The notes: generated from the letters alone by a model not told the origin. A stretch of 64,000 nucleotides of DNA from an uncultured Phycisphaerales bacterium (GCA_963758525.1 CAVWVQ010000003.1:3488001-3552000); one strand, 5' to 3'; positions 52,385 through 63,485 are shown, numbered from the stretch's first letter. Program-made: numbers and translations.

Positions 52385-54166
52385 ATGGCGATTCATCGAT
52401 TCCTTTCGTCCGCTCCCCGTGGCGCGGCCCGTTGCATTGCGCTCCTGCCGGAACTGGCCGTTGTCTGTTTGGTGACGGCGGGGTGCGCCGTCAATCAGCG
52501 AAAGGAAGTTGCGCCTCTACCGTCAGGAACTGGACGGCAAGAACCCTTTGACCTTGAGCGAAACATTCGATGGTAAGCCGCTGTCGCTGGAAGAGGCGCT
52601 GATTCTCGCCAACCAGCGGAATGAGCAACTTGGCATTTCCGGCGAGACATACGTGCAGGCGCTGATTTCCAAGCAGCGGGCTTTCGCGGCGTTTCTGCCG
52701 ACAATTACCCTCGCGCCCACCTTCACGTGGATTCAGAAACCGCAGTCCATCAACTCTACGGGAAATGCGGGAACCACGGGGACTGGAGGAACCGGGGGGA
52801 CCGGAGGAACCGGGGTCACCGGCGTCACCAACAACAAGCATTTCGTCAAGGACGTTCCCATCACCGGCACCGGAAATGTGTTCAACGGCTTTCAGGATGC
52901 CGCGACGCTCGAGGCAACCGGCTACACCGCCGAGCAGCGCAAGGCACAGTTGCTCGATCTGCAGGCGACCATCTTCCTCGACGTTGCCCAGACGTACTAC
53001 CAGGTTCTCAGCGCCGAGCGATCGGTTCTGGTGCTGACCAACAGCGTGAAGGTGCAGGACGCGAACGTGGCCGATAACATCGATCGCGAACGCGCCGGCG
53101 TCGCACGTCCGCTGGATGTCGCCCAGGCCCAGGCGCAGGACTCTTCCACGCGGCGCAACTCATCACCGCTTATGAAAATGTGAAGAACGCGCGGACGATG
53201 CTCGTTTATCTGATCGACGCGCCCGTGCAGAATGCAGTGCTGGTGGATCGCCTGGACGTTCCGCAGGAACTCATGCCGATCGAAACCGCCCTGGCAACGG
53301 CGCGCCAGACGCGGCAGGATGTCAGTGCCGCGCGTCAGGGGGTGGAGGCTTCGCGACAGGAAGTGATCGCGGCGCTCGGGCAATGGTATCCATCTGTCTC
53401 ACTGGAGCTGGAGTACTTCCTGCACCGCGACTCCCTTCCCACCGCAAGCTTGTGGGAAGGATTCATCAATGTGAATCTGCCGCTCTTCGATGCGGGCATC
53501 ATCTACGCGAATGTGCGCACCGCCTGGTCGCAGTTGCGGGTCGCACGTTTGAACGAAATGATGACTGTCCGCCAGGCGGATCAACTGGTGCGGACCGGCT
53601 ATGACACGCTCGTCGGCAGTCGCGACCGTGTCGCTGAATTGAAGATCGAAACCAAGGCGGCGAGCGATGCTCTTTTTCAGTCTGAGCAGAGTTACAAAGC
53701 GGGCGTGGCAACTTATCTCGACGTGCTGACTTCCCAGGATCAGCTCCTCACGGCGCAGCTGAGCCTGGCAACCGAGGAGCTGAATTACAAATTTTATTAT
53801 TTGCAGTTCCTGCGCTCGATGGGACTGCTGCTGCGTCCCGAGCACATCATTCCCGCGACAATGCCGACCTCCGAGCCGTCTTCAATTGAAGTGACTACTC
53901 CCGGCCTGCCAGTCGGACCGCAGACGTCGCAGCCGGGGATTCAACCATTCCCTTCGCTGGGAACGCAGCCGGCAGGTACTCAGCCGATCGCGCCGTACAC
54001 GCAACCCGCCGGAGCGGACACCCAACCGAGCGACACCGGCGTTGTGCCGACGCAACCAGCCGGAGCGGCCACGCAACCCAGCGACACCGGCGTTGCGGCG
54101 ACGCAGCCCGCCAGCACGCAACCGGCGGTTCCGCAGACCGCGCCGGTGACACCCGCGACGCAGTGA
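52385..54166 (+). CDS. TolC-family outer membrane lipoprotein with TQP-repeat tail, frameshifts near 52510 and 53150
   Basis: Lipobox VTAGC, LSLEEAL, DVAQTYYQVL and YKAGVATYLDVL across three frames. Confidence 0.8.
53960..54163 (+). repeat. Coding tandem repeats (TQP-containing units)
   Basis: TQPAG..TQPSDTGV unit duplicated; about 8 TQP triplets. Confidence 0.8.
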
Positions 54167-54268
54167 ACGTCAACATTCACCGCTTCGCTCTGGTACGATG
54201 ATCGGTTCGGTGCGGCAACGCTCTTGATCGACGCAGGAGTCTTCCGCACGCCTTTTTCCGGAGCTTCC

Positions 54269-56819
54269 ATGCCATTGCGCCGCGCGCTGTCCCTGCAAGG
54301 TGTTCTGCTTTGCTTTTCCGCTCTCTTGACCACCTGGGCTTCCGCTCAAAGGAGTCCGGAGCAGACGGTCGCCGGGCTGAAAACGCCCAGCGACCTGGAA
54401 CTGAAGCTCTGGGCGAGTGAGCCGTTCGTGCAGAAGCCGACGAGCATGGACATCGACGCCCGGGGCCGAATCTGGATCTGCGAGGGGACGAACTATCGTC
54501 GCGTCCACTACAGCCCCGATGGCGACAAGATCATGATCCTGGAGGATTCGCGCCACACCGGCGTCTGCGACAGCTATAAGGTCTTCGTCCAGGACAAGCG
54601 GCTCAACGCACCGCTGGGAATCTGCGTGCTGGGCGACAAAGTCATCGTCGCGATGTCGCCCGATGTTCTCATCTACACCATCGACTCAACGGACGATCAT
54701 CCCGTGGGTCCGCCGGAGGTGCTCTTCACCGGATTTGAAGGGGCCAATCATGACCACGCGGTCCACAAGGCGGTATTCGGGCCCGATGGACGCCTCTATT
54801 TCAACAGTGGCAATGAAGGCACCAAGGGATACATCCAGCACGACGGCAAGCCCGTCGTCGACCGTCATGGAAGCGAAATCGGGCTTCACTCCAAGGTCTT
54901 TCGCGGACATACCAAAGCGCCGGGCGAAACCGGATATCAGGACGGCCTGGCATTCAGTTGCAATCTCGACGGGTCCGACTTTGAAGTCGTCGGCGAGAAC
55001 TTCCGGAACAATTATGAACTGTGCGTCGACTCTTTCGGAACGGTCTGGCAAAGCGACAATGACGACGACGGCAACCAGGGAACGCGAATCAATTACGTGA
55101 TGGAAGGGGGAAACTTCGGCTACAAAGGACCGACGGGCACGAGCTGGGACCGCGATATTCCCGTTTTCCCCGGCCAGACCAAGCAGGAAGGGGAATGGCA
55201 CCAGCGCTGGCCCGGGATCGTGCCAAATTTGTTGAATACCGGCGCTGTGCGCGCCGACCGGCATCGTCTGTTATGAAGGCGACCTTCTCCCCTCGATCTA
55301 CCACAATGCGCTGATCGGCGCGGACGCGGGTCGCAATGTCATCCGGGCCTATCTCATCTCCCCAAGTCTTGAAGTTCCCGTGGGAATCTTCAATCCGGTA
55401 ACGCCGGATGCCAAGCCCGACGAAGCCGCGGCCCATCCCGGCGCCGGTTACACCGCCAGCGCAATCGATGTGGTAAAGCTCGGCGACAACGGCGATCGCT
55501 GGTTCCGACCATCTGATATCGCGGTGGCCCCCGATGGTTCGCTCTACATCGCCGACTGGTACGACCCGGGCGTGGGCGGACATGCCACCGGAGACACCAA
55601 AGGCCATCTTCACGGCCGCGTCTATCGCCTTGCGCCCTCCGGTTTTGTGCCACCGCGGATCGATGGGGATGGCTCCACCATTCCCGGGCAGATCGCCGCG
55701 CTCTGTTCCCCCAACACGGCAACGAGGTTTCTGGGGTACACCTCCCTGCTGAAAGGCGGAGAGACCGCCGTTCCGGCACTGCGGGAACTCTATCGTTCGC
55801 CAAATCCGCGGTTGCGCACGGGCGCTATGGCTGCTGGCACGAACGCATGACGGACCTGAATTCGTCCGCACCGTGTCGAAAGACGCCGACTCGGACATCC
55901 GCGTCACTGCAATTAGAGCCGCGCGAGCCATCAAGATGGACATGATTGCCTTTGCGGATGCAATGATGACCGACTCATCCCCTGCCGTTTGGCGCGAGCT
56001 GTGCCTTGCGATGAGTTTCGAGCCGACGGACAAGGCCGTGCCGATGCTCGTCAAGCTGGCGGGAAAATACGATGGCCAGGACCGCTGGTATCTCGAAGCC
56101 TTCGGCATCGGCTGCACGGGACGTGAGAAACAGGTGCTTGCCGCCTGGCAGCAGGATAATCCCAACGCCGACAGCAAAATCGCCCGTGGTATCGTCTGGC
56201 GGCTAAATAAGGTGCCGACGCCCAATGAAGTTCCCGAAGTGGTCAAGAGCGGGGAAATCGTCTCGCGCCGCACGTTCCCACGACCCCCCCGCCGCCGGCC
56301 GCATTCACGCTCTCTTCCACCGCCGATCCGAACAAGGTGTTCAAAAGCAAGGACGGGAATACCCTTCCGTCCATTGAGAAGCTGATGGCGATGAAGGGAA
56401 ATGCCGAGCGCGGCGCTGCCGTCTTCCGAAACACCAGCGGCGCAAACTGCATCCATTGCCATCAGATCGGCAATGAAGGCAACATGATCGGGCCGCCGCT
56501 GACTGCCGTCGGCGCCAAACTCAACAAAGGTCAGCTCTACGAAGCGATTCTCTATCCGAGCGCTTCGATTCTGATGCACTACGAGTCGTGGGTCGTTCAG
56601 ACAAAGAGCGGCGACGTGATTAACGGTCTGCTGGTGGGAGAGACCAACGATCACGTAACGATCAAGGACACGGATGGCAAATTCCACGACATCAAACTGG
56701 ATAACATCGAAAAGAAGGTGATGCAGAAAGTCTCACTGATGCCCGAAGGCCTCAGCGAAACCATGACGGCGAAGGACCTGGTGAATCTCGTGGAGTATCT
56801 TTCCGAGCAACGGCCCTGA
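54269..56819 (+). CDS. PVC-type heme-binding CxxCH / membrane-bound dehydrogenase protein, several frameshifts
   Basis: LWASEP..IDARGRIW, FGPDGRLYF, NFRNNYE, FRPSDIAVAPDGSLYIADWYD, HEAT segment and CIHCH...IGPPL...SLMPEGL spread over ORFs 54224, 55380, 55873 and 56337. Confidence 0.85.
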
Positions 56820-56897
56820 ACTCGAAATGACGCTGCGCCGAATTACGCGTTTAGCGGCCGCCCGGAGGGCCGCGATGCATCGGCGCGACTCAACGGA

Positions 56898-57623
56898 TCA
56901 CTTCGCCGCCCGAGTGGTCGGCGGCGCGTCCAGATCGCTGGATTCCTTCGCCATGATCAGCAGATCGCGCACGAGGTTTCGCTGAGTCTGCTGCTGCGGC
57001 GACAGATGCTTTCCTTCGGCCAGCAGATTCAGCCCGTTGACGATGTCGCCGGAATTCTTGATGTAATCGGCGTGAATCTGATTCACGAACCCGGAAGTTT
57101 CGGTGCCGTACACGACGGCCAGGGCTCCGAGCATTCCGCGGAAGCGATCTTCGTCGCTCTTCCCCGCGCCGGCTTGATTCGCGGTCTGCTGTGCCTGCGC
57201 CAGCCCGTTCTTCATCGATTCGTACAGCCGGTCCTCCACCTGCGGCATTTCCGAATCCAGCGTGCTGCGGACCTGCGTGCGAAACGCGTCTTCCATGTGC
57301 TCGGGGACGGCGTGAAGCTGCTTCTCGCCTTCATCGACCACGTGCGGGGCGTTGGCCTCCAGTGAATCCTGAAGCTGCACGCTCGCCGACGGCAGGTAAT
57401 CCTCGATGTACTTTTGCGCAACGCTCGCGACCAGCTGCGGCGTGACTTCATTGGCGAAACGCCCGTGCGCATAATACAGCCAGTATCCGATGAGCAGCGT
57501 GCTGATCGTGCCGAAGATGATCGTCAACGTGTTTCGACGGTGCGAGGATCGCGTGATGGCCGCGATCTTCCGGTCGAGGGCGTCGAGCTTTGCGGAAGTT
57601 GCCGCGTTCGGGTCGAGAGTCAT
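56898..57623 (-). CDS. Single-TM helical hypothetical protein
   Basis: N-terminal coiled-coil-like segment, one TM helix, amphipathic helices. Confidence 0.75.
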   Translation of the reverse strand: MTLDPNAATSAKLDALDRKIAAITRSSHRRNTLTIIFGTISTLLIGYWLYYAHGRFANEVTPQLVASVAQKYIEDYLPSASVQLQDSLEANAPHVVDEGEKQLHAVPEHMEDAFRTQVRSTLDSEMPQVEDRLYESMKNGLAQAQQTANQAGAGKSDEDRFRGMLGALAVVYGTETSGFVNQIHADYIKNSGDIVNGLNLLAEGKHLSPQQQTQRNLVRDLLIMAKESSDLDAPPTTRAAK

Positions 57624-57685
57624 TGTGAATCTCCAGACAATTGAATGTTGCGCGAAATGACTGACTTCAAAGCGGTGCCAGGGAA

Positions 57686-58522
57686 TCAGTTGCCAGACGA
57701 ACTCCCAGGCGCGGGCTTGGCCAACACAGTCAGCGCCGAATCCGGGGCGTCAGGTCCGACGGCAGCGCGGCCGGGAGGGCCGAGCGTTGAAAGGTCCACG
57801 CTCACGTCTCCGTCCATGATGACGTCCACCAGCGCGTGCAGAAATTCACGCTGCCGAGCCGACGCGCTCATTTTTCCCACGTCGCCGGGAATGTCGAACT
57901 TGTCGAGAACCGTGCGGGTGGACTCCTGTTCCTTGACGTAAATATCCGTCACATGCTGCGCGACCTGCTCGTTCTGCGCATCAATGAGCTTCTGGAACTC
58001 CGACTTCATGATTTCCGTTTTGCGCTCGTCGGAGAGCGACGGATAGGTGCCCTTGATATCGGGCGCAAGGCGCGTCATCGCCTTGGCGAACGCGGCGTCG
58101 AGCCGGTCGCGCATCTCCGCACCGTTCTCTTCCGGAAGCTTCTCCAGCCGCCCCATCGCGTCCTTGGCGACGGCCGGGCCCGCGACCTGAAACCGCTTCA
58201 GCGCCTGTTCGCGGTAGACGGGCAACGCGTGCTGCGCAACGCGCACCAGTTGATCGCGCAATTCCGGAGTGATGTCCGGAAGGCGGTCTGCGATCGCCTT
58301 CTGCACGCTCTGATCGTCGAAATTTTCCTCGACGTGACGCCGGGTCATGAACGCAAACGCGGCAAACTCGGCGGCGACCACCAGCAGAATGATCAGGGAA
58401 AAGCGCCGCGAGCTGGCCTGAATCCGGTCCAGGTCCGCGATCCGCTGCTCGATTCTCGAGACCTTGGAATCCAGACCCGGCAGCGATTCGGCGCCGACCC
58501 GGTGGAAGTGGAATCACTCATC
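57686..58522 (-). CDS. Single-TM helical hypothetical protein, probable frameshift near 58500
   Basis: The frame of ORF 57686..58381 extends upstream (LDSKVSRIEQRIADLDRIQASSRRFSLIILLVV). ATG 58522 has a GGAGG SD, but there is an in-frame TGA near 58515 in the frame I read, so the 5' end needs an indel or a correction. Confidence 0.65.
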
Positions 58523-58821
58523 GATTTGCCTCCGTCCGTTGCTCCGCACTTTGAACTGATTGGGCCCGCCGCACCCCGCCGTGCCCGCATTTTCATCTGC
58601 CCGCCGAGTTCAAAGGGTAACGCCGGAAGTGGCGAAAAAGCAAATTTCCAAGGGGCAATGCGCGGTTCAAACCCTTCGTGGCTACGGGCAAATCACATGA
58701 CGGACTTGTTGAATTTTCCCGAGTTTTCCGCTACCATACAATTACCTAACAATCTCTGAGTATACGGCTGGAGATTTTCGAGTTGGGCGGCCGATAACGA
58801 TGGAGCGCGGAGGCCAACAGT

Positions 58822-60917
58822 ATGACCAGGATTGCAAACGCGGTAATGGAAAAATCACCAAAAAGCGGCCGGACTCGCGAGACGGCCGAGTCGATGGCGG
58901 GGAAGCAGAAGGACATCGCGGTCTCGGAGTTTTTCGCGAAGAACCGCCATTTGCTGGGATTCGATAATCCGCGCAAGGCGCTGCTGACCACCGTGAAGGA
59001 GGCAGTCGACAACTCGCTGGATGCCTGCGAGGAAGCCGGCGTTTTGCCGAACCTCGCGATTGTCATTGAAGACCTCTTGCCCGATCGGCCCGCCGCCGCC
59101 AAGTCGTCGCGCTACCGCGTAACGGTGGTGGACAACGGGCCAGGCATTGTTCGCAAACAGGTGGAAAACGTTTTCGGACGGTTGCTGTTCGGAAGCAAGT
59201 TTCACCGTCTCAAGATGAGCCGCGGGCAACAGGGCATCGGCATCAGTGCCGCGGGCATGTACGGGTTGATCACCACGGGCAAGCCGATGGTCATTCACAC
59301 CCGTCCCAGCGCCAGGAAGGATGCCCATCACATCGAACTGGCGATGAACACCAAGACCAATCGGGCGGAGGTGACCGTCGATCGGGAAACTGACGACTTT
59401 CCGCCGCAGCGTCTGAAGACCATCAACGCCGGAACGCGCGATCCGGGTTTCCTCAACTCCGAAGACTTCATCACCGGCACCAGCGTCAGCATCGAACTCG
59501 AAGGGCTCTACCGAAAGGGACGCGGCTCCGTCGACGAGTTTCTCGAGCTGACTGCCATCGCCAATCCGCACGCGCGCATCATGTTCGTTCCCCCGACTCG
59601 CGTGATGGCCGAGGAGCAGGACGAACTGCCGATGCCCGTCGTCAAGAGCGCGACTCCCGCCGAGCCGGCCCCGACCGCGGCGCCGCCGCCGGCCCCGACC
59701 GAGGAGGTGGCCGACATCGATACCACGCTCACGACCGTCGAGCAGGATGGCGTAATCCTCTTCCCGCGCGGGACCGATCAGCTTCCTCCCGAGACGCGCG
59801 AGATTCAGCCGCATCCCAAGGGCATCGAGCTGGGCATTCTGATTCAGATGATGCGCGACTTCGAGGCCGCCAATCGCGGCGGAGGGACGCTCTATAATTT
59901 TGTGCAGGAACAGTTCTGCCGGGTCAGTCCCGCGACCGCCAGCAAGTTTTGCGCGGATGCCGCGCGCATAGCCGGACCAAGGTCGGTGATCTTTCACCGC
60001 AGCAGATCGAAAAACTTTACGCATCGTTCCAATCGACGCGTTTGGCTCCCCCGCCGACCGACTGCCTCGCGCCGATCGGTGTGCGGCAACTTCTTGCCGG
60101 CATGCTCAAGGGAGTGAAAGCCGAGTTCTACGCCGCCAGCAGCCGCGAGGCGGATGTCTATCGCGGCCGACCGTTCCAGATCGAGGCGGCCATCGCGTTT
60201 GGCGGCGAACTGCCGGCCGACGACAGCGCGCGGGTGATTCGCTTCGCCAATCGCGTCCCGCTGCTGTTTCAACAGAGCGCCTGCAGCAGCATGAAAGCCG
60301 TCATCGAAACCGGCTGGCGCAACTACAACCTCTCGCAGCCGCGCGGCAGTCTTCCGGTCGGCGCCCTGGTCGTCATGATTCACATGGCCAGCGTCTGGGT
60401 CCCGTTCACCAGCGAGAGCAAGGAAGCGATTGCCGACTACGACGAGATTCGCAAGGAGATGAAGCTCGCCCTGATGGAATGCGGCCGCAAGCTCGGTTCG
60501 TATCTCCGCAAGATGCAGAAGATGAAGCGTGAAGCCGATCGACGCGACGTATTCGGGCGCTACATCGGCGAAATCAGCAAGGCGGTCCACGCAATTAATG
60601 GGACCGACGCCAAGAAGCTCTACGACAAGTTGCAGGCCGAAGCCCGAAAACGTACGGCGATCGCCGACGCCGAGTTGGATCAGGAAGGCAAAGTCATCAA
60701 GAAGGATGAGGCCGAAGATCTGAAAAACGATGACGGGGTGGTCATGGTGCCGACGCGCGCCGTTCACCTGGCGAACCCGTCGGCCGCTGCTTCTGCATCG
60801 GCGACCGCAGCTGCGGACGCAGCGATCGCAGACACCGACAGCGATGTCGTCAAGCTCCCGAGCGGTCGCAAAAAGGCGCCCAATCGGCGCTCCAATGACC
60901 AGGGACAGTTGTTCTAA
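58822..60917 (+). CDS. top6B: DNA topoisomerase VI subunit B, frameshifted near 59960
   Basis: SEFFAKNRHLLGF, KEAVDNSLDACEE, DNGPGI, GSKFH..SRGQQGIGIS, RFANRVPLL and WVPFTSESKEAI. Confidence 0.93.
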
Positions 60918-60940
60918 CTCCGCGATCCGGGATTCAAGCC

Positions 60941-62104
60941 ATGGCAAAAAAGAAAAGCAACAGTGCCGCTGTCGATCGCGTTAATAAGCGCATTCGCGAG
61001 CGCGATAAAACCACGCTGAAGAAGATCGTCGGTCTGGCCGACGATGTGGCGACTTCGGCATTCAGGGGCGGCGACATTTCCATCGCCATTCCCCAGCGCA
61101 CCCGCTCCAATACCCTCTGGAACAAGAAGCAGCGCATCCTTCAGATGGGGGATGCCAAGGCCAAGCGCGAGCTGTTTAACCTGAACCAGGCGAAGCAGTT
61201 CATGCAGACTTGCCTGCACGGCAATTCCGTGAAGGAGCTGATCGAGGCGGAAAAATCACTGAGCCTCCGCGGCATGTTTTACAAAGGGTTGCATGACATC
61301 CTCGATGAAGCCGGCAAGAAGGTCGGCGAGAAGACCTTCGCGGGGCAGGATGAGTCCGATGGAATCCTTGAAGATCTCGAGGTTTCGCTATCCTCGCTAC
61401 GAGAAGAGCTGCACATCTTCGCCGAGAATAAAGGATCGATGGTAGGGAACATCACCATCGTCGATAAGGGCGACGAAATTGATTGCCGGCGGATGGGCAG
61501 CGGCGGATATGCCATCCCCAGTATTACCGAAGGGGACGTCATCGAGTTCAAGAAGATCGACGCCGACTTTGTGCTGCACGTCGAAAAGGGAACCGTCTGG
61601 AACCGCTTTAACGAGGACCGATTCTGGGAGAAAAATAACTGCATCCTCACGCACGGCGGCGGCCAGCCGCCGCGCGGCGTGCGACGATTGCTGCAACGCT
61701 TCAGCCGCGAGGCGAAGCTTCCAATCATCTGCCTGCTCGACTGCGATCCATGGGGACACTACATCTACAGCGTCATCAAGCAGGGTTCGATCAGCCTCGC
61801 ATTTGAGAGCGAGCGCCTTGCCATTCCCGACGCCAAGTTCCTCGGGATTCGCGCGAAGGATTATCAGGAATGCGACTTGAGTGATGACGTGCAAATCGAG
61901 CTGAACGACAACGACAAAAAACGAGCCGGCGAAATCGCCGCCTACCCGTGGTTCAAGGATCACAAGGGCTGGCAGCGGGAGATCGACAAGATGCTCACTA
62001 ACGGCTTCAAGATGGAAGTCGAGTCGCTGATCACCAAAGACATCAGCTACGTCACCGAAGAATACGTCCCCGAACGTCTGAAAAAGCGCGACTGGCTGGA
62101 CTGA
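60941..62104 (+). CDS. top6A: DNA topoisomerase VI subunit A
   Basis: LRGMFY (catalytic Tyr region), QDESD..LEDLE, VEK, G.GQP..G.RR and TOPRIM DCDPWG. Confidence 0.95.
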   Translation: MAKKKSNSAAVDRVNKRIRERDKTTLKKIVGLADDVATSAFRGGDISIAIPQRTRSNTLWNKKQRILQMGDAKAKRELFNLNQAKQFMQTCLHGNSVKELIEAEKSLSLRGMFYKGLHDILDEAGKKVGEKTFAGQDESDGILEDLEVSLSSLREELHIFAENKGSMVGNITIVDKGDEIDCRRMGSGGYAIPSITEGDVIEFKKIDADFVLHVEKGTVWNRFNEDRFWEKNNCILTHGGGQPPRGVRRLLQRFSREAKLPIICLLDCDPWGHYIYSVIKQGSISLAFESERLAIPDAKFLGIRAKDYQECDLSDDVQIELNDNDKKRAGEIAAYPWFKDHKGWQREIDKMLTNGFKMEVESLITKDISYVTEEYVPERLKKRDWLD

Positions 62105-62110
62105 GCGCCA

Positions 62111-62119
62111 TGCTATAAT
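62111..62119 (+). promoter_or_regulatory. Extended -10 promoter, leaderless start of the Uma2 gene
   Basis: TGCTATAAT 7 nt before ATG 62127; no SD. Confidence 0.7.
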
Positions 62120-62126
62120 CCGCTCG

Positions 62127-62774
62127 ATGTCCACCACTGCTATCACGATCCCTGACTTTGATGTCCATCTGCGGCTGCACGATGTTTCCTGGGAGGCATA
62201 CGAGCAGTTGCTGGCGGACCTCGACGCAGAGCATCGTCGGCTGCGGCTTACCTACGACGAGGGGGAGCTTGAAATGATGTCGCCTGCCGATCCCCGTGAG
62301 CGGTGGAAAGGCCGAATAGGCCGGCTGATCGAATTAATGGCCTTTGAGCTTCGAATTGAAGTTGAGAGCCTGGGGGCCACGACATTTCGAAAACGGGCGA
62401 GACGCAAGGGCCTGGAGCCGGACGAGTGCTACTATGTCCAGAACGTAGTTAAAGTGCGGGACGGAAAGCTGCTCGATCTCAACATCCATCCCGCGCCGGA
62501 CTTGGCGATCGAAGTTGATTACACCAATTCGTCGCTGCCTCGCGAGCCGGTCTATGCGGGACTGGGAATACCGGAACTTTGGCGTTTTGATGGTGAAAGG
62601 CTCACGGTTCGCCGGCTTGGCGACGACGGGCGGTACCATGATGCACGCGAGAGTGCCGCTTTCCCGTTCCTTCCAATGAGGGAATTTGCGGCGTTTCTCC
62701 AGCGACTTGACAGGGAAAGCTCAATGGCAGTGCTGCTTGAGTTCCGCGACTGGGCGCGATCGCTGAAGCTTTGA
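62127..62774 (+). CDS. Uma2 family endonuclease
   Basis: VSWEAYE, RLTYDEGELEMMSP, EPDECYY, PDLAIEVD and YAGLGIPELWRFDG. Confidence 0.93.
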   Translation: MSTTAITIPDFDVHLRLHDVSWEAYEQLLADLDAEHRRLRLTYDEGELEMMSPADPRERWKGRIGRLIELMAFELRIEVESLGATTFRKRARRKGLEPDECYYVQNVVKVRDGKLLDLNIHPAPDLAIEVDYTNSSLPREPVYAGLGIPELWRFDGERLTVRRLGDDGRYHDARESAAFPFLPMREFAAFLQRLDRESSMAVLLEFRDWARSLKL

Positions 62775-62801
62775 GCTGTTAACGTATTTTCAGCAAACAA
62801 A

Positions 62802-62838
62802 TGGGCCACCCCCGCGAGGAGGTGGCCCGGTGTTTTTT
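62802..62838 (+). terminator. Intrinsic terminator-like hairpin, duplicated at about 63000-63032
   Basis: GGGCCACC-loop-GGTGGCCC followed by GGTGTTTTTT. Confidence 0.65.
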
Positions 62839-62904
62839 CGAACTGTCGCCCGCCGCGTCGCTATAGGTCCGTTGCAACAGAATTAACGGTTCGATCGATC
62901 CATG

Positions 62905-62962
62905 GTAGGGCGGGATTCATCCCGCCGCAGCTTGCGAGGCGGCGGGATGAATCCCGCCCTAC
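62905..62962. repeat. GTAG-type REP doublet (REPIN-like)
   Basis: GTAGGGCGGGATTCATCCCGCCGC ... GCGGCGGGATGAATCCCGCCCTAC perfect inverted arms. Confidence 0.88.
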
Positions 62963-63053
62963 ACACTTTGAGCTTTTAGCGTGTTTTCGGCAAACAAATG
63001 GGCCACCCCGCGAGGGGGTGGCCCGGTGTTTTGTCGGACTATCGCCCGCATCG

Positions 63054-63485
63054 CTACTCTTTTTCCACAAGCGTCGAAACCGGCTGTCTTCCCGCCGCGC
63101 CCGCGTCCAGTTCATGCCAGTAGGCGATGGTCGGCTCCCCGAGCCTCCAGCACAGGCAGACGTCCCGGCCGCGATGTCTGCCGGTGAAGTCGATCAGCCC
63201 CTGTTCGTAATCCTTCAGATCGCAGCCGATTTCGGTCAGCTCATCGACATAATCTTCCAGAAGGCTCATCGCGCCCTCCAGATCGCGCTGCAGTGCCGGC
63301 TGATCCTTGGCCGACGTTCCTTCCAGCGATGCCTGCATCCTCGCAGCCCGGTCATGCGTGCTGACAATGTCTTTCACAACGCGCGCGACCAACGGGAGCG
63401 TGCTGATTGCCTGCTGCAGTGTAAAGTGCCGACGCGGACGCGAGGGCTTGACGGACTTGGGGGTGAAGAACTGAGGACCCGCCAT
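63054..63485 (-). CDS. DUF2203 family protein
   Basis: FTLQQA..LPLV, LKDYEQGLIDF, LCWRLGEP.IAYWH and GRQP. Confidence 0.88.
   Translation of the reverse strand: MAGPQFFTPKSVKPSRPRRHFTLQQAISTLPLVARVVKDIVSTHDRAARMQASLEGTSAKDQPALQRDLEGAMSLLEDYVDELTEIGCDLKDYEQGLIDFTGRHRGRDVCLCWRLGEPTIAYWHELDAGAAGRQPVSTLVEKE

Noticed and set aside
52770..52830. GTGG peptide repeat in the TolC-like gene
   Set aside because: A low-complexity loop with no further support as a separate element.
53960..54163. Tandem repeats as a CRISPR array
   Set aside because: They are in-frame, degenerate coding repeats with no unique spacers and no cas genes nearby.
4567..60917. Many split genes (HEAT protein, TMTC-like paralog 6, uxaC, GT39, TolC, PVC heme protein, top6B) as programmed frameshifts or mass pseudogenisation
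   Set aside because: The breaks are short indels in otherwise intact and unrelated genes, with no shared slippery motif. Sequencing or assembly error is the simpler explanation; raw reads would settle it.
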